From the sequence record NC_048173.1: DNA of 64,000 bases. The stretch is one strand, 5' to 3'. Below the pieces are notes generated by a model. That model made no database searches and was not told where the DNA came from. It saw only the letters and a program-made list of their open reading frames with translations. A program made the position numbers and the translations under genes. Shown in pieces: positions 9,179 through 19,290 of this stretch (position 1 is the stretch's first letter; every line of letters starts with the position of its first letter).

Positions 9179-10954
9179 ATGTTTAAGGACGCAATCGACT
9201 TGTTGGTGTCCTCGGGGGACGTTCCTAAGTTTAATAAAGCAATTGCGGAAGGCGTAGGCTTTACGCAAGCTAAGGACGGTATCCATAAACGAGTACACTC
9301 TATCCTTAAGCGAGAGCTCGTCCACAGCAGTGATAACCCCAAACTTCCCGAGGGTTTGGAGTACGTAGGGCTACGACATATGTCACCGCTGGAAACCTAC
9401 GTCTTTAGCCTGAAAGATGACAGTAATAAGAAGTCACGTCGACGCGGTGTTGCCATCTCCCCATCTGATAAATACATGGTGGCGTTGGAATTTAAAGTGC
9501 CGGGTGTCGGACAGTCGGTGTGGCGTCAGTTGTTCTTACCGTTCATCCGCCGTGGCGGTTTTATGAATTCATGGGGTACGCTGTATCACGTGGCACCGGT
9601 TATCCATACGCCGGGTATCTGTCGTGAGCATGGCGGGCTGTTCATTAACTTTGACTTCACACGTAAGGTGACTTTGCAGTTCTGTGACCGAACCGTAAAA
9701 GTGTTAGTCAATGGGCGTGAAGAGCAACTCTTCATTCCTGGTTCTTCTACTATCTACGGAGGTAAAGGGGCAGGTGGTGCAGAGAACGGTCCGAAAGCGT
9801 TGCCGTATTGGATCTTTGGTAAGTACGGATTTACCGAAGGCATCAAACGCATGACGGGCGCAAACGTCTTCATCTATCCGGCACACCGTGTGCATGAGCT
9901 GGACTTGACGAAGTATGTGGTTATTCAGTCTGGTGAGCGTACGCACTCACGTGACATTCAGTACGTACTGGTTACGGATGCAGCCACTATGCCATCGTCG
10001 ACTCGTGGCGGTTGGACTGAAGAAGAACACGTTCTATTGGTAATGTGCGCCGCATTCTTCCGGGCAGCACACTTCTATGCCGGTAAACGTATCGGACGAC
10101 GTGGCGGCGGTCGTGAATTGGCACCATTGTTCACACGCTTAGAAATCGAAGCCGAAGCCGAAGATTTGGCGAACTTAGACGCTCCGGATACATGGAAGGA
10201 GATTCTGGGACGTAGCCTGCTGGGGAATAAGCCGACGGACATCGATGTACTTCGTAGCATGGAGACCCACTTCTCCGAATGCGAACGCTATCTGACATCG
10301 CAGTTCCGTGGTGAGCTGATGATTACCGACCCGGAGATTAAGCCGGACATTGACTTCTTCGAATTCCTGTTCTACATCGTGAAGTTAATGACGCGTACTC
10401 GTCTGACCCGTCAACGTGATATCTCGTCAATGTATGGTAAGCGACTGACAGTGACTGATTATCTGTTGTTGGGGAACAATGGATTTACTGCAACCATTTC
10501 GAAGCTGCGTTGGCGTCTCGAAGGGTTGGATAAATTCAACAGTAATGGTGAACGTGCAAACCTCGGTAAAGTGATTACCGACCAGTTGAATCGGAACATT
10601 ATCGCTAATCTCGTTCAGCGTGCTGAGTCGAGCAATGGTGGTATCAGTACCTTCAACGCGTCCACCGAGTCGTTAGTGTTGGCGATTTCTACGCACGCTA
10701 TCTCGCAGACGGAAACGGATGTGAAGAAAGGCGGTAGTGGTAAGTCAGTTAACTTGAGCGACAAAACGAAACAAGTAAGTGCGTCCATGGCGGAATGCGG
10801 TAACGTGTATTACGTACCGAAGTCTGCACCGTTTAAATACAACATGCTGAACACTTACATGAAAACCACACCTACGCTAGTGATGGTGCCTAACCCGAAA
10901 CTGCGTCCAGTAATTTCGGCAATTGAAAACGATTTGGCCAAAATCGGTAATTAA
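9179..10954 (+). CDS. Non-virion RNA polymerase subunit, beta-like N-terminal fragment (phiKZ gp123-like)
   Basis: 591 aa; LFLPFIRRGGFMNSWGTLYHVAPV resembles the RpoB N-terminal motif; position two genes after the MCP. Confidence 0.75.
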   Translation: MFKDAIDLLVSSGDVPKFNKAIAEGVGFTQAKDGIHKRVHSILKRELVHSSDNPKLPEGLEYVGLRHMSPLETYVFSLKDDSNKKSRRRGVAISPSDKYMVALEFKVPGVGQSVWRQLFLPFIRRGGFMNSWGTLYHVAPVIHTPGICREHGGLFINFDFTRKVTLQFCDRTVKVLVNGREEQLFIPGSSTIYGGKGAGGAENGPKALPYWIFGKYGFTEGIKRMTGANVFIYPAHRVHELDLTKYVVIQSGERTHSRDIQYVLVTDAATMPSSTRGGWTEEEHVLLVMCAAFFRAAHFYAGKRIGRRGGGRELAPLFTRLEIEAEAEDLANLDAPDTWKEILGRSLLGNKPTDIDVLRSMETHFSECERYLTSQFRGELMITDPEIKPDIDFFEFLFYIVKLMTRTRLTRQRDISSMYGKRLTVTDYLLLGNNGFTATISKLRWRLEGLDKFNSNGERANLGKVITDQLNRNIIANLVQRAESSNGGISTFNASTESLVLAISTHAISQTETDVKKGGSGKSVNLSDKTKQVSASMAECGNVYYVPKSAPFKYNMLNTYMKTTPTLVMVPNPKLRPVISAIENDLAKIGN

Positions 10955-10984
10955 TACACAAAAACATAATGGAGTAATCAAGAC

Positions 10985-12535
10985 ATGTCTACTATTACAG
11001 CTCAGAACCTGAAAGAACTGCTTGGCGCTGCTCAGAACGGTAACCCGCGTCTGAAAACAATTATCGAAGGTGCCAATGCGAAAGGCGTCAACATGGATAA
11101 TGCAGCGAAGGCAGCTATCATTGTTGCGAACCTGATGTTTGCACAGAACAGTCCAGCGAACGTCGTATCTGCTGCTACAGTACGTACCTTCGAAGCCGTA
11201 TTGTATCTTGACCTGTCTCAGGCAAGCGGTGTGCAGTTGGATGCGGCAACGCATAACGAGCTGGTCAATAACCGACAGCAAGCGTTGGACTTTGTGCAGA
11301 AGCAACAGAACGGTGGCGGTAACCCGTTCACGTCAGGTGGTGGGAACAGTTCAAACAACCCGTTCCTGAGCAATAACAGTAATGCCGGCAACAGCAACAA
11401 TCCGTTCCTGTCTAACAACAACAGTGCGGGACAGGGCAATACCAACGATAACCCATTCTTGGGCACCACGTCTACCTCGGTTGCTTCTGAAGGGGAAAAC
11501 ATCTTTACCTCCGCGCCAACGGCACCTGCTCAGCCTGCGGCAACTGTAAAACCTGCCGAGCCTGTTGTTGCTCAGCCGGTGAACCTCAAATCACTTAAGG
11601 CGGCATCCTCAATGGAAACGTATCAGGACCACGAGCTTACGGTCGATTATACTTCCGTAGCACAACCTCCGCGTAAGACCAACGAAACCCTGAAACAGTT
11701 TAAGCTGACAGGCGACTGGGCAACGCGTGTAACTGAAGCGCTGGACGACGGCAAAGTCATTATCAACTTTGACGATGCAGAAGTTCTGGGCAAGCTGATG
11801 GTTGAGCGTCGTACCTTTAGCGGCTTCAACGACCAGACCAAATCTGAGTTCGATAACTGGTTGGTTAAGCACGGCCAGCAGATTTCCGATCTGGAAGGAC
11901 TGCAGGAAGAAGATGACATTCAGGTTATCATGAAGAAAGTCAACAGCACCGTTGCTGCTCTGCGTGATAATGCCATGGCTTACTTCCGCCACGTTGAAGA
12001 AACGGGCGTGCCGTCTACCGTGAAGATGGACGTCTCTGCGCTGATCGCAAGCTACCTGAACCGTCTGGAAGAGCTGGTGCTGTCTGGTTTCCGTATTGGT
12101 TCCAACCAGTGCCAAACCCCGGATGGTCGTAGCTTCAGCATTAAGAACACCATTGCTGACCTCGCTGACTTTGCCGACAGTGTGTTCAACCACTACTGCG
12201 ACAATAACGGTGTGTGCTTAGAGCCGGATTACTTCCGTGAGCTGTTCCTGAGCGTTGCTGCCCAGCTGAAGAAACTCCGCCTGAAAGTGCAGGACGGCGG
12301 TGAGGTGGATGTCGAGTTTGTGACTTTTGAGATCGTCACTGCCGGTAACTACACCAACTACGATAAAGAAAACGTCGTAACGGTGAACTCCTTCGGCCCG
12401 CTGGCAGAAGTATTAAGTTCCATCTACGAAGTCATCGCAGAAAAGATCCCGTATGCGTCTGTGACGGTACAACTACCAACCGGTAACATCGAGCTGCTCC
12501 AGTCTCTGGACTTGGGTGCGCCGATTCGTTACTAA
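10985..12535 (+). CDS. Hypothetical protein with an N/G/S-rich disordered linker carrying NPF repeats
   Basis: 516 aa; four NPF motifs in residues ~113-158 followed by a P/A-rich linker. Confidence 0.85.
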   Translation: MSTITAQNLKELLGAAQNGNPRLKTIIEGANAKGVNMDNAAKAAIIVANLMFAQNSPANVVSAATVRTFEAVLYLDLSQASGVQLDAATHNELVNNRQQALDFVQKQQNGGGNPFTSGGGNSSNNPFLSNNSNAGNSNNPFLSNNNSAGQGNTNDNPFLGTTSTSVASEGENIFTSAPTAPAQPAATVKPAEPVVAQPVNLKSLKAASSMETYQDHELTVDYTSVAQPPRKTNETLKQFKLTGDWATRVTEALDDGKVIINFDDAEVLGKLMVERRTFSGFNDQTKSEFDNWLVKHGQQISDLEGLQEEDDIQVIMKKVNSTVAALRDNAMAYFRHVEETGVPSTVKMDVSALIASYLNRLEELVLSGFRIGSNQCQTPDGRSFSIKNTIADLADFADSVFNHYCDNNGVCLEPDYFRELFLSVAAQLKKLRLKVQDGGEVDVEFVTFEIVTAGNYTNYDKENVVTVNSFGPLAEVLSSIYEVIAEKIPYASVTVQLPTGNIELLQSLDLGAPIRY

Positions 12536-12603
12536 GCGATCGTAGTGAAATGGCCCCACTGTCCTCGGACGGTGGGGTTTTATTTTTTGAGTGGAGCAAA
12601 CAA

Positions 12604-12870
12604 ATGTTTGAAGTGAATATCTACAGTCGTGAAGGAAAGAACGTACTGAACGTCGGGCTTACAGTGGGTGCGGATGCTACACGGGAAGTGGTGAAGGCTT
12701 TCAATAAGTCGAAGGTGTATCACATGTACAATAAGCAGAAAACTATCCGCTTCACTTACGTGAAACAAGAACTGCTCGCTGCGGTCAAAAATTCGCTGAT
12801 TGGCGACATGTATCCGGTTATTGAAGCCTTAGATGAAGATGAGAACTTCATTGGCTGTGATTACCTGTAG
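12604..12870 (+). CDS. Hypothetical protein, 88 aa
   Basis: GGAG RBS before ATG 12604. Confidence 0.7.
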   Translation: MFEVNIYSREGKNVLNVGLTVGADATREVVKAFNKSKVYHMYNKQKTIRFTYVKQELLAAVKNSLIGDMYPVIEALDEDENFIGCDYL

Positions 12871-12885
12871 CAAAAAAAGATAAAG

Positions 12886-12922
12886 AGATACACCCCCTTA
12901 CGGAGGTGTATTCTTTTTTTTG
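12886..12922. terminator. Bidirectional terminator between convergent genes
   Basis: ATACACC..TTAC..GGTGTAT stem with A-run upstream and T-run downstream. Confidence 0.65.
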
Positions 12923-12929
12923 TTTCGGA

Positions 12930-15671
12930 TTAGAACTTCAGATCCGGGTCAGTCACATCATCTTCCGCGTCACCGCCTGTTCCGTCGCCATCACCTCCGC
13001 CAGCACCGTCCGCATTATCGTCAACGTTATCAGCGTTGTCGTCTAATGAGTTGTCATCGGTATTGTCGTCTGTGTTATCGTCAGTGTTGTCATCCAGATT
13101 CAGATCGTCATCTCCACCGGTATTCAAGTCATCATCGCCACCTGCGTTGTCGTCGAGACCTGTGTCGTCTGAACCCCCGCTGTTGTCACCAAAGCCCATA
13201 CCGTCGCCACCGGTTTGGTCGGTACCCGCCTTCTTCGCAACAGTCTCAACCTTACCCGATGCCTTCTTAGCGACGCTAAGGAAGAACTGGGCAACTTTCT
13301 GAGTCTCATCGGTAATGGTCTTAACCACATCTGCACGCTGCTCTTCATCGAACAGGTCAAAGAATTCAGATTCAATGCCGTTGTTCTTGAGCCAGTTACG
13401 CAGGTAATAGTTCTTCACCATTGCCTTGAGGTTCTCTGGGTCCATCACGATGTTGTTTTCAGACAACAGAGTAGACAGTTCGTCAGACATCACCGTATCC
13501 GCAATCTTCTCAATGAACTCGACACGTTTGTCGAACTGCTCCATCTGAGAGGACGCTGCAGAAGTATCCGGCGGCGGCAGGGTTACCACAAGACCTTCAG
13601 TGAAACGGCGAACCATTTCACTAATCTCGGGCATCAATTTCTCAATGTCCATGTCTTGCTTCTGAGCCTTGTAGAACTCAACAACTTCCTGCAACAAATC
13701 GGCCTGCAGTTTTGGCGACGCCGTAATCATCGTCTGGCAATACTGGGTGATAGGTTTGGAAAGCTGTTCCTGCTTCTTGGTCACCTGCTGGGTAGTAATC
13801 AGGGACTTCGAATAAATCTGACTGGCGAACTCGAGGTTCTCAGGCGTCAATACCAGATCTGGGTCAACACCGGCAATCGCACAAGTACGACGTAACAGCT
13901 TATCATCCAGCTCTGCATCAGGTTCTTTATAGTCCGGGGTGTTATCCGACACTGACACTTTGTGAGAAGCGTAGTGGTCATTACCTTCAACGTTGAACGA
14001 GATACCGGCGTTCGTGGCGTTAGAGAAGGTATCGTTCATGTCGCCCCACATCGGCATACGACGTGCGTAGGAGTTAATGATATCCGATTTGATACGGTCT
14101 ACCGACTCCTGCGGGTTCATGTCGTCCGGAGACAACTGAATGTCGTACTGCAAATGGCGTGCTGAGTTCAGGATAGCAGTGTTCATACCTGCAAACAGCA
14201 AGGACATGCGGATAGTGGAGATAACGAAGGAACGCTCAGTAATGGACACGCCAATACCGTCTTCGTTAAAGTCGGTGGCAAAGTACGGCATGTTCTCAAA
14301 CGGAACGTACAGCACTTGTGTGTGTTCTTTCGCCAGATGACGTCCCAGCATCACACGACCGAAGTCTTCGCTAACGTTCACCGATACATCACCACCCCCG
14401 AGGGCCACGGAAATCATGCGTGACATCTGGTCTTCTGCCAGCTCACCGTAACGGGCAATCAGTTTGTTTGCAATGTCCGGAGACACGCTACCCTGATTAC
14501 CTAAGTTCAGGCTTGCACGGTTCACAATCGAGTCCACCTGACCATCGTTAGTCAGATAGTTCATGAAGGTGGCATCACCGTAGATAGAAGACTTGGAGCT
14601 GACAAAGTTACCGATGTCGTCCAGAATCAACAACCAGCCAATTGGATTTCTTACGTCGCCGGCCAATACTACGGGCAACGCACACTCAGGCGGAACGCGT
14701 CGGCGAATAGGCTCAAGGCGGTTTTTCTGCCCGAACGTAATCAGTGGCGCTTCTTTATAAGTGTTGATATCAAACTGACGATCGTATTTCGGGTTTAAAT
14801 CTGCACCAGAGATGAGTTTCTTTTCATCCGCCTGGCCTTGCAGGAGATTACCGCCACTTGGCTCGTTCAGCGTCCCTGCCGCACCATTATATGACGGCAC
14901 GCCCATCTGCTTGCGCATCGCGCCACGGGCGCTCTCTGTTGCTAAACGGCGACGGAAGGCAGCAAGCTGAGTAATTTGCGGGTTGTCCGTAATCGTTATT
15001 TTTTGGGTCGCGAGTTCATCTTTGAACAGCGAATCCAGTTTCAGATTGAACTCCTGTGGTGCATTCGACGCGGCAGTCACGTTGAGAATGGACTCCAGGC
15101 CAACCAGCTTTTTGTCTGGGTTAATGTTGCGAAGGATACCGAGTTGTCCTTCGAACGTGCCTTTAAGTTTGTTGCGGAACGATTCCTGTGCGACCTGCTC
15201 GCTGAGGTTAAACATCTCATCGAAGCCGGAGTCGGACGTAATCAGAATCGGAGTGGCTCCTTTAGAGCGCTGTGCGTCATAGAGCCATTCGTACAGGTTA
15301 CGGGGAAGTCCGTCCACATCATTAAAGAAGTCGCGCGCGACACGGGTCATCGCGGAACGTAAGTCAAGCGGTACTTCATCGTCAACACAATCGTACACCA
15401 GTGACGTGGTCACGAGGTCTTTGGTTGACAAGAGTGACGAGGTGGAGATAGTTACAATGGTCTCCAGCTCAGGCAAGGCGTCGAATATCTTTTCGGCATT
15501 ACGAATGGCGCGAATACGCGAGCCTGCCAAACTCACCAACTCACCACGGGTCGGCGTCACGCCGCCTTGGTCACGTTGGCCACGTCGCTGTTGCGGCGCT
15601 GGGCTCGTAGTCTTTCTCAGTATAGCGCTCATCGATTCGTCTTGCGCTGTTAATTTCTTTAAATCGTCCAT
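12930..15671 (-). CDS. Portal protein (phiKZ gp129-like) with an acidic disordered C-tail
   Basis: About 913 aa from MDDLKK (GGAG RBS); size, orientation and synteny; AQE/GLE/ATE sites; D/N/G-rich C-terminus. Confidence 0.75.
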   Translation of the reverse strand: MDDLKKLTAQDESMSAILRKTTSPAPQQRRGQRDQGGVTPTRGELVSLAGSRIRAIRNAEKIFDALPELETIVTISTSSLLSTKDLVTTSLVYDCVDDEVPLDLRSAMTRVARDFFNDVDGLPRNLYEWLYDAQRSKGATPILITSDSGFDEMFNLSEQVAQESFRNKLKGTFEGQLGILRNINPDKKLVGLESILNVTAASNAPQEFNLKLDSLFKDELATQKITITDNPQITQLAAFRRRLATESARGAMRKQMGVPSYNGAAGTLNEPSGGNLLQGQADEKKLISGADLNPKYDRQFDINTYKEAPLITFGQKNRLEPIRRRVPPECALPVVLAGDVRNPIGWLLILDDIGNFVSSKSSIYGDATFMNYLTNDGQVDSIVNRASLNLGNQGSVSPDIANKLIARYGELAEDQMSRMISVALGGGDVSVNVSEDFGRVMLGRHLAKEHTQVLYVPFENMPYFATDFNEDGIGVSITERSFVISTIRMSLLFAGMNTAILNSARHLQYDIQLSPDDMNPQESVDRIKSDIINSYARRMPMWGDMNDTFSNATNAGISFNVEGNDHYASHKVSVSDNTPDYKEPDAELDDKLLRRTCAIAGVDPDLVLTPENLEFASQIYSKSLITTQQVTKKQEQLSKPITQYCQTMITASPKLQADLLQEVVEFYKAQKQDMDIEKLMPEISEMVRRFTEGLVVTLPPPDTSAASSQMEQFDKRVEFIEKIADTVMSDELSTLLSENNIVMDPENLKAMVKNYYLRNWLKNNGIESEFFDLFDEEQRADVVKTITDETQKVAQFFLSVAKKASGKVETVAKKAGTDQTGGDGMGFGDNSGGSDDTGLDDNAGGDDDLNTGGDDDLNLDDNTDDNTDDNTDDNSLDDNADNVDDNADGAGGGDGDGTGGDAEDDVTDPDLKF

Positions 15672-15686
15672 CCGGAGTTGTCTCCA

Positions 15687-17858
15687 ATGCAAAGATACAA
15701 TATATTCGTTGGGCAATGTATTGACTTGGCAGACTCAATGATTATTAAATCAGAGGCAATTGCCGATGCCATGAACAGGCCCCTAGTGGAGGCGGGTAAA
15801 CCCGTCCCCATGGACAAGTCTCAATGGCGTTATTATCAACATCTTGCCGGTCAGCGGTTGAACACCGACAGTCCGGTGATGATAACGTCACTGGATGATC
15901 AGAAGTCAATTGAGTTAACGGTTGAGAACCTTGCTCGCCATAAGAAGACTTCTAATGTGTATCGCGCCAATCCAAGCTATATCACGGCGTTGGTGTCCGA
16001 TTACCCTGACATGATTGTCTATATTCGAGCCTGCTTTAACCCGATTCCGTTAGCGGAGTCGTTGGCGGCCCCTGATTGTACAATCATGCGTTACTCCGCC
16101 AAGTTAATCGAAGAGCAAGAGCAGTCGATTATCAGTGACCTCCAGTTGTGGATTCTGGCTGCTCACCGCCGTTGGATGGCGGAAGGCTGGAAAATCCACA
16201 ACGATGCCTTTGAAGCAGCGTTCTATGCCCAGCTGTTCCCTCAGCTGCCCGGGAAGATTATGGAATTGCGTATGGCCCGCTGCCATACCCCGGAAGTGCA
16301 TAGCTATCACGTTGAAGAGTTCTTGGCCTCACACCAGAAGCTAAATGAATTCCTGCCATACTTGACCCCGGCTCAGAAGTTCACGTTGTACCGCAACATC
16401 CGTTACTGGGAACGCAACACCGGCAAGCACGATAACTTTACGTGGCTGGTTGACGTGTTCTTGACTGGCTGGAACATGCCGACGGTAGCGTACGACGTGG
16501 GCCAACAGATTCACGATGCGTCGGATGACAATAACCTGCGGCCCCTGCCAGTAGGCTATAAAGTCCCGTTGAACTTCGATGATATTCAAGGTGGGCGTGA
16601 CCTGCAACTGGTGTCGACCACGGAGATTATCAACAAAGAGTACGCGCTCGCTGATGAGAACTACCTCTATCAAGAGGAGATGCTCAATGAGTTAAACGAG
16701 AGCCTTTCGTTGACCCAGTATCCTGACCAGCCGACCAAGCTCGTTGAGATTACGGCGATTGACCCGGAAGCGATTGAACGTGACCAGTTGGACATGACAC
16801 TCTTTAATGAGTTGCTTCATCTGGCGTGCTTAGACCGTTACAATATTCAACACGAAATCATTAACCCGACCACCGGCGACACCATGCGCATGTCAACCAA
16901 AGAGTTGATTGCCTTGTTCCTGTACTCCGCGTTTAAAGGTTACTCTGGTATCGAGCTGGAGCATATCCCGATTATGAACTGTCAGGGTGTGTTGATTAAA
17001 CGTTGGGTGACCGTGGATGAACTGATGGCGTTCCTGCCCGAGTCTTACCCAGGGCGTTGGACACCGACAGTAAACTATTACGTCGATACCCATCAGGAAA
17101 TTTACAGTAATCTGTTGAGTGCCGATGAGTTTTACGAAGCAGCGAGCAACATTCTTGCAATGAAGCGCAACCGCTGGAAGTACACGCACAATCGCCGCCG
17201 CGACACCGATACCATCGCAGGTCAGCTGCTGTATCAGTATTACTACCGCAGCTACAAGTGCGACTTAAAACTCAACTACGAGGATTACACGCAGTTCTTC
17301 TCGAAGTTTGCAATGGACTACGAAATCATCTCGTCGGAGTCGTGGGCGGATATCGCAGTGGATGCGTTCAACATCTTGACTGCGTATGAAACCAACACGT
17401 CAGTGACCCAAAGTGAAATCCAGCGTGCAATGGTCCGTCTGCTGACCATGTTGTCGTCATATACGGTTCACTTTGCGACTCGAATGGCATCTGACTCCTT
17501 TATTGTAACGGAACCCGTTGTAATCAAGCCTGACGAAACGATGATGTCAGCTTCTTTGGGTGAAATTATCATTCAGGAAGCGCTCGAGCCGATTGAGCGC
17601 AACATAAAGGCACGTGGGAATATTGAAGTCGATTCGCCGATGCCTGACGTGGTCGAGGTGAACATTCCCCAGAACTTTAACTTCTTCTTTAACATGCGTC
17701 CCCGTATCGACATTGTCGTCGACGCCAAACTCGATGTTGTCATTGAACATCCGTTGGTGCATGCCGATATTACGGAGATTGAGCGTATTTCGTGGGATGA
17801 TAGGCTCCTCGTGGATCGCGTGTTGATAAGAGATAATGGGCCGTACACCGCGCCGTAA
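15687..17858 (+). CDS. Virion structural protein (baseplate-associated by synteny)
   Basis: 723 aa, divergent from the portal gene as in phiKZ-like phages. Confidence 0.7.
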   Translation: MQRYNIFVGQCIDLADSMIIKSEAIADAMNRPLVEAGKPVPMDKSQWRYYQHLAGQRLNTDSPVMITSLDDQKSIELTVENLARHKKTSNVYRANPSYITALVSDYPDMIVYIRACFNPIPLAESLAAPDCTIMRYSAKLIEEQEQSIISDLQLWILAAHRRWMAEGWKIHNDAFEAAFYAQLFPQLPGKIMELRMARCHTPEVHSYHVEEFLASHQKLNEFLPYLTPAQKFTLYRNIRYWERNTGKHDNFTWLVDVFLTGWNMPTVAYDVGQQIHDASDDNNLRPLPVGYKVPLNFDDIQGGRDLQLVSTTEIINKEYALADENYLYQEEMLNELNESLSLTQYPDQPTKLVEITAIDPEAIERDQLDMTLFNELLHLACLDRYNIQHEIINPTTGDTMRMSTKELIALFLYSAFKGYSGIELEHIPIMNCQGVLIKRWVTVDELMAFLPESYPGRWTPTVNYYVDTHQEIYSNLLSADEFYEAASNILAMKRNRWKYTHNRRRDTDTIAGQLLYQYYYRSYKCDLKLNYEDYTQFFSKFAMDYEIISSESWADIAVDAFNILTAYETNTSVTQSEIQRAMVRLLTMLSSYTVHFATRMASDSFIVTEPVVIKPDETMMSASLGEIIIQEALEPIERNIKARGNIEVDSPMPDVVEVNIPQNFNFFFNMRPRIDIVVDAKLDVVIEHPLVHADITEIERISWDDRLLVDRVLIRDNGPYTAP

Positions 17859-17881
17859 CGGTCTGGATTATTGGAGGATTC

Positions 17882-18397
17882 ATGAGTTACCGCCTTGACA
17901 TGACCTTACGTCCTGAGGTCATTCTCCGTTCGTTAGTTAACTATCGCAATAACACTAATTACAAAGAGAACCAACTAATATGGCACCCCAGCGGTGCTCG
18001 CGAATTGGATAAGAAGCGACGTGACACACTGGTACCCCGCTGTGACACCTACGCCTTAGCTAACTTCGCTCATGGATTCATTGGCTCGCGTAACTTCACT
18101 TATCTGCGTGTTGACCTCACGGAAATGTTTGACGGGCAGGTGGCATACGCCCCTGCTAATGAACACACGGAAACTGACGAGCTTCTGCCGTACATCCTTG
18201 CTGACCTTGGCGTCAGCTTAACCCGTAAAGACATTGTTCCTCTGCTGATTCCTGAAGATGCAGAAGAAGTAGAAGTCCTGATTGCCCCGCGTCATCTGAC
18301 GTACAAAGGGAAGATTATGGTTTCGTTAACGGGTGGGAAAAAGCGTCTGGTAGAACGCGTATTAATTACTGACGTGGGTGCTTACCCAACTGCTTAA
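17882..18397 (+). CDS. Putative virion protein, distant relative of the tail paralog family
   Basis: LGVSLTRKDIV and VLIAPRHLTYKGKIMV resemble the motifs of the 52-64 kb paralogs. Confidence 0.65.
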   Translation: MSYRLDMTLRPEVILRSLVNYRNNTNYKENQLIWHPSGARELDKKRRDTLVPRCDTYALANFAHGFIGSRNFTYLRVDLTEMFDGQVAYAPANEHTETDELLPYILADLGVSLTRKDIVPLLIPEDAEEVEVLIAPRHLTYKGKIMVSLTGGKKRLVERVLITDVGAYPTA

Positions 18398-18408
18398 TGG
18401 AGCAATAA

Positions 18409-19290
18409 ATGTCTAAGGTCTATGATGGGAAACTCTCGACGCCAACCCTTAGCGCCATGCGTTTAGCAATGGCGTTGATGACCGGCTCGCTGATTAAGTA
18501 CCCTGAAAAGTCAACCCTCAACGAGCACTTCAACCTGCTGACCAACCGCATCCCGGATGGGACGGAACGTGCCACGATGAAGTACATGTGTATCGGTAAC
18601 CGCGGGCACGTTGCCAAAACCGAATCTGACGGCTTCACGGACTTCGTGCCGGTCGGTAAAGTGGCAAACGCTTCGGGCATGTTTAATGCCGTCCCGTTTG
18701 TCCTGCGTGAAATGGATAATGACCTGAGTGATGCACAGCGTAAAAACTATGCCTTCCGCACACAGGTAACCATTGAAGGCCGCAACTACTGGGCGTACTA
18801 CCTCAAGCGTATCGACATGCGCACCGTGGAAACCAACGACTACCTGATTACCAAACAAGGTAAAGTGCAGACCGTTGTCGACCACGTGTACACCGATAAC
18901 GAGCTCTTCCCGAAACCGATTGAGCTGCCGGACTACGATTACGACGACGATAACCGCGTTGAAATCCCGGATGGGAAGTACGTAACCTCGAATGCGGATA
19001 TTAAGATTCTGTTCGATGAGTTCGATGTGCAGGAGTACATGAACGTCACGGCTATCATGCGTGGCTCTTCACGTTCTTCTGTTATCTCTGAAATCGCACT
19101 GTGTTCCGGTCTCGACGGTACCGCCACGGGTGAGTCTGCTACTGGCTCTCCGTTCCCGTACGACGAAGCGCTGGGTGTGCAGGTATTGTACTACATCACG
19201 TTATACAGCAACCTTGCTATCACCAACGAAAACCTGAACATGACGGTCAAAATTGGCCAGTCCTCTCCGTTCTTCATCGGAGCGGTCTGA
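18409..19290 (+). CDS. Virion structural protein (baseplate-like)
   Basis: 293 aa; YMCIGNRGH and YWAYYLKRID motifs recalled from phiKZ-like virion proteins upstream of RuvC. Confidence 0.65.
   Translation: MSKVYDGKLSTPTLSAMRLAMALMTGSLIKYPEKSTLNEHFNLLTNRIPDGTERATMKYMCIGNRGHVAKTESDGFTDFVPVGKVANASGMFNAVPFVLREMDNDLSDAQRKNYAFRTQVTIEGRNYWAYYLKRIDMRTVETNDYLITKQGKVQTVVDHVYTDNELFPKPIELPDYDYDDDNRVEIPDGKYVTSNADIKILFDEFDVQEYMNVTAIMRGSSRSSVISEIALCSGLDGTATGESATGSPFPYDEALGVQVLYYITLYSNLAITNENLNMTVKIGQSSPFFIGAV

Noticed and set aside
12920-13895. + strand His/Arg-rich and Ser-rich ORFs
   Set aside because: Alternative-frame read-outs of the low-complexity portal tail on the - strand.
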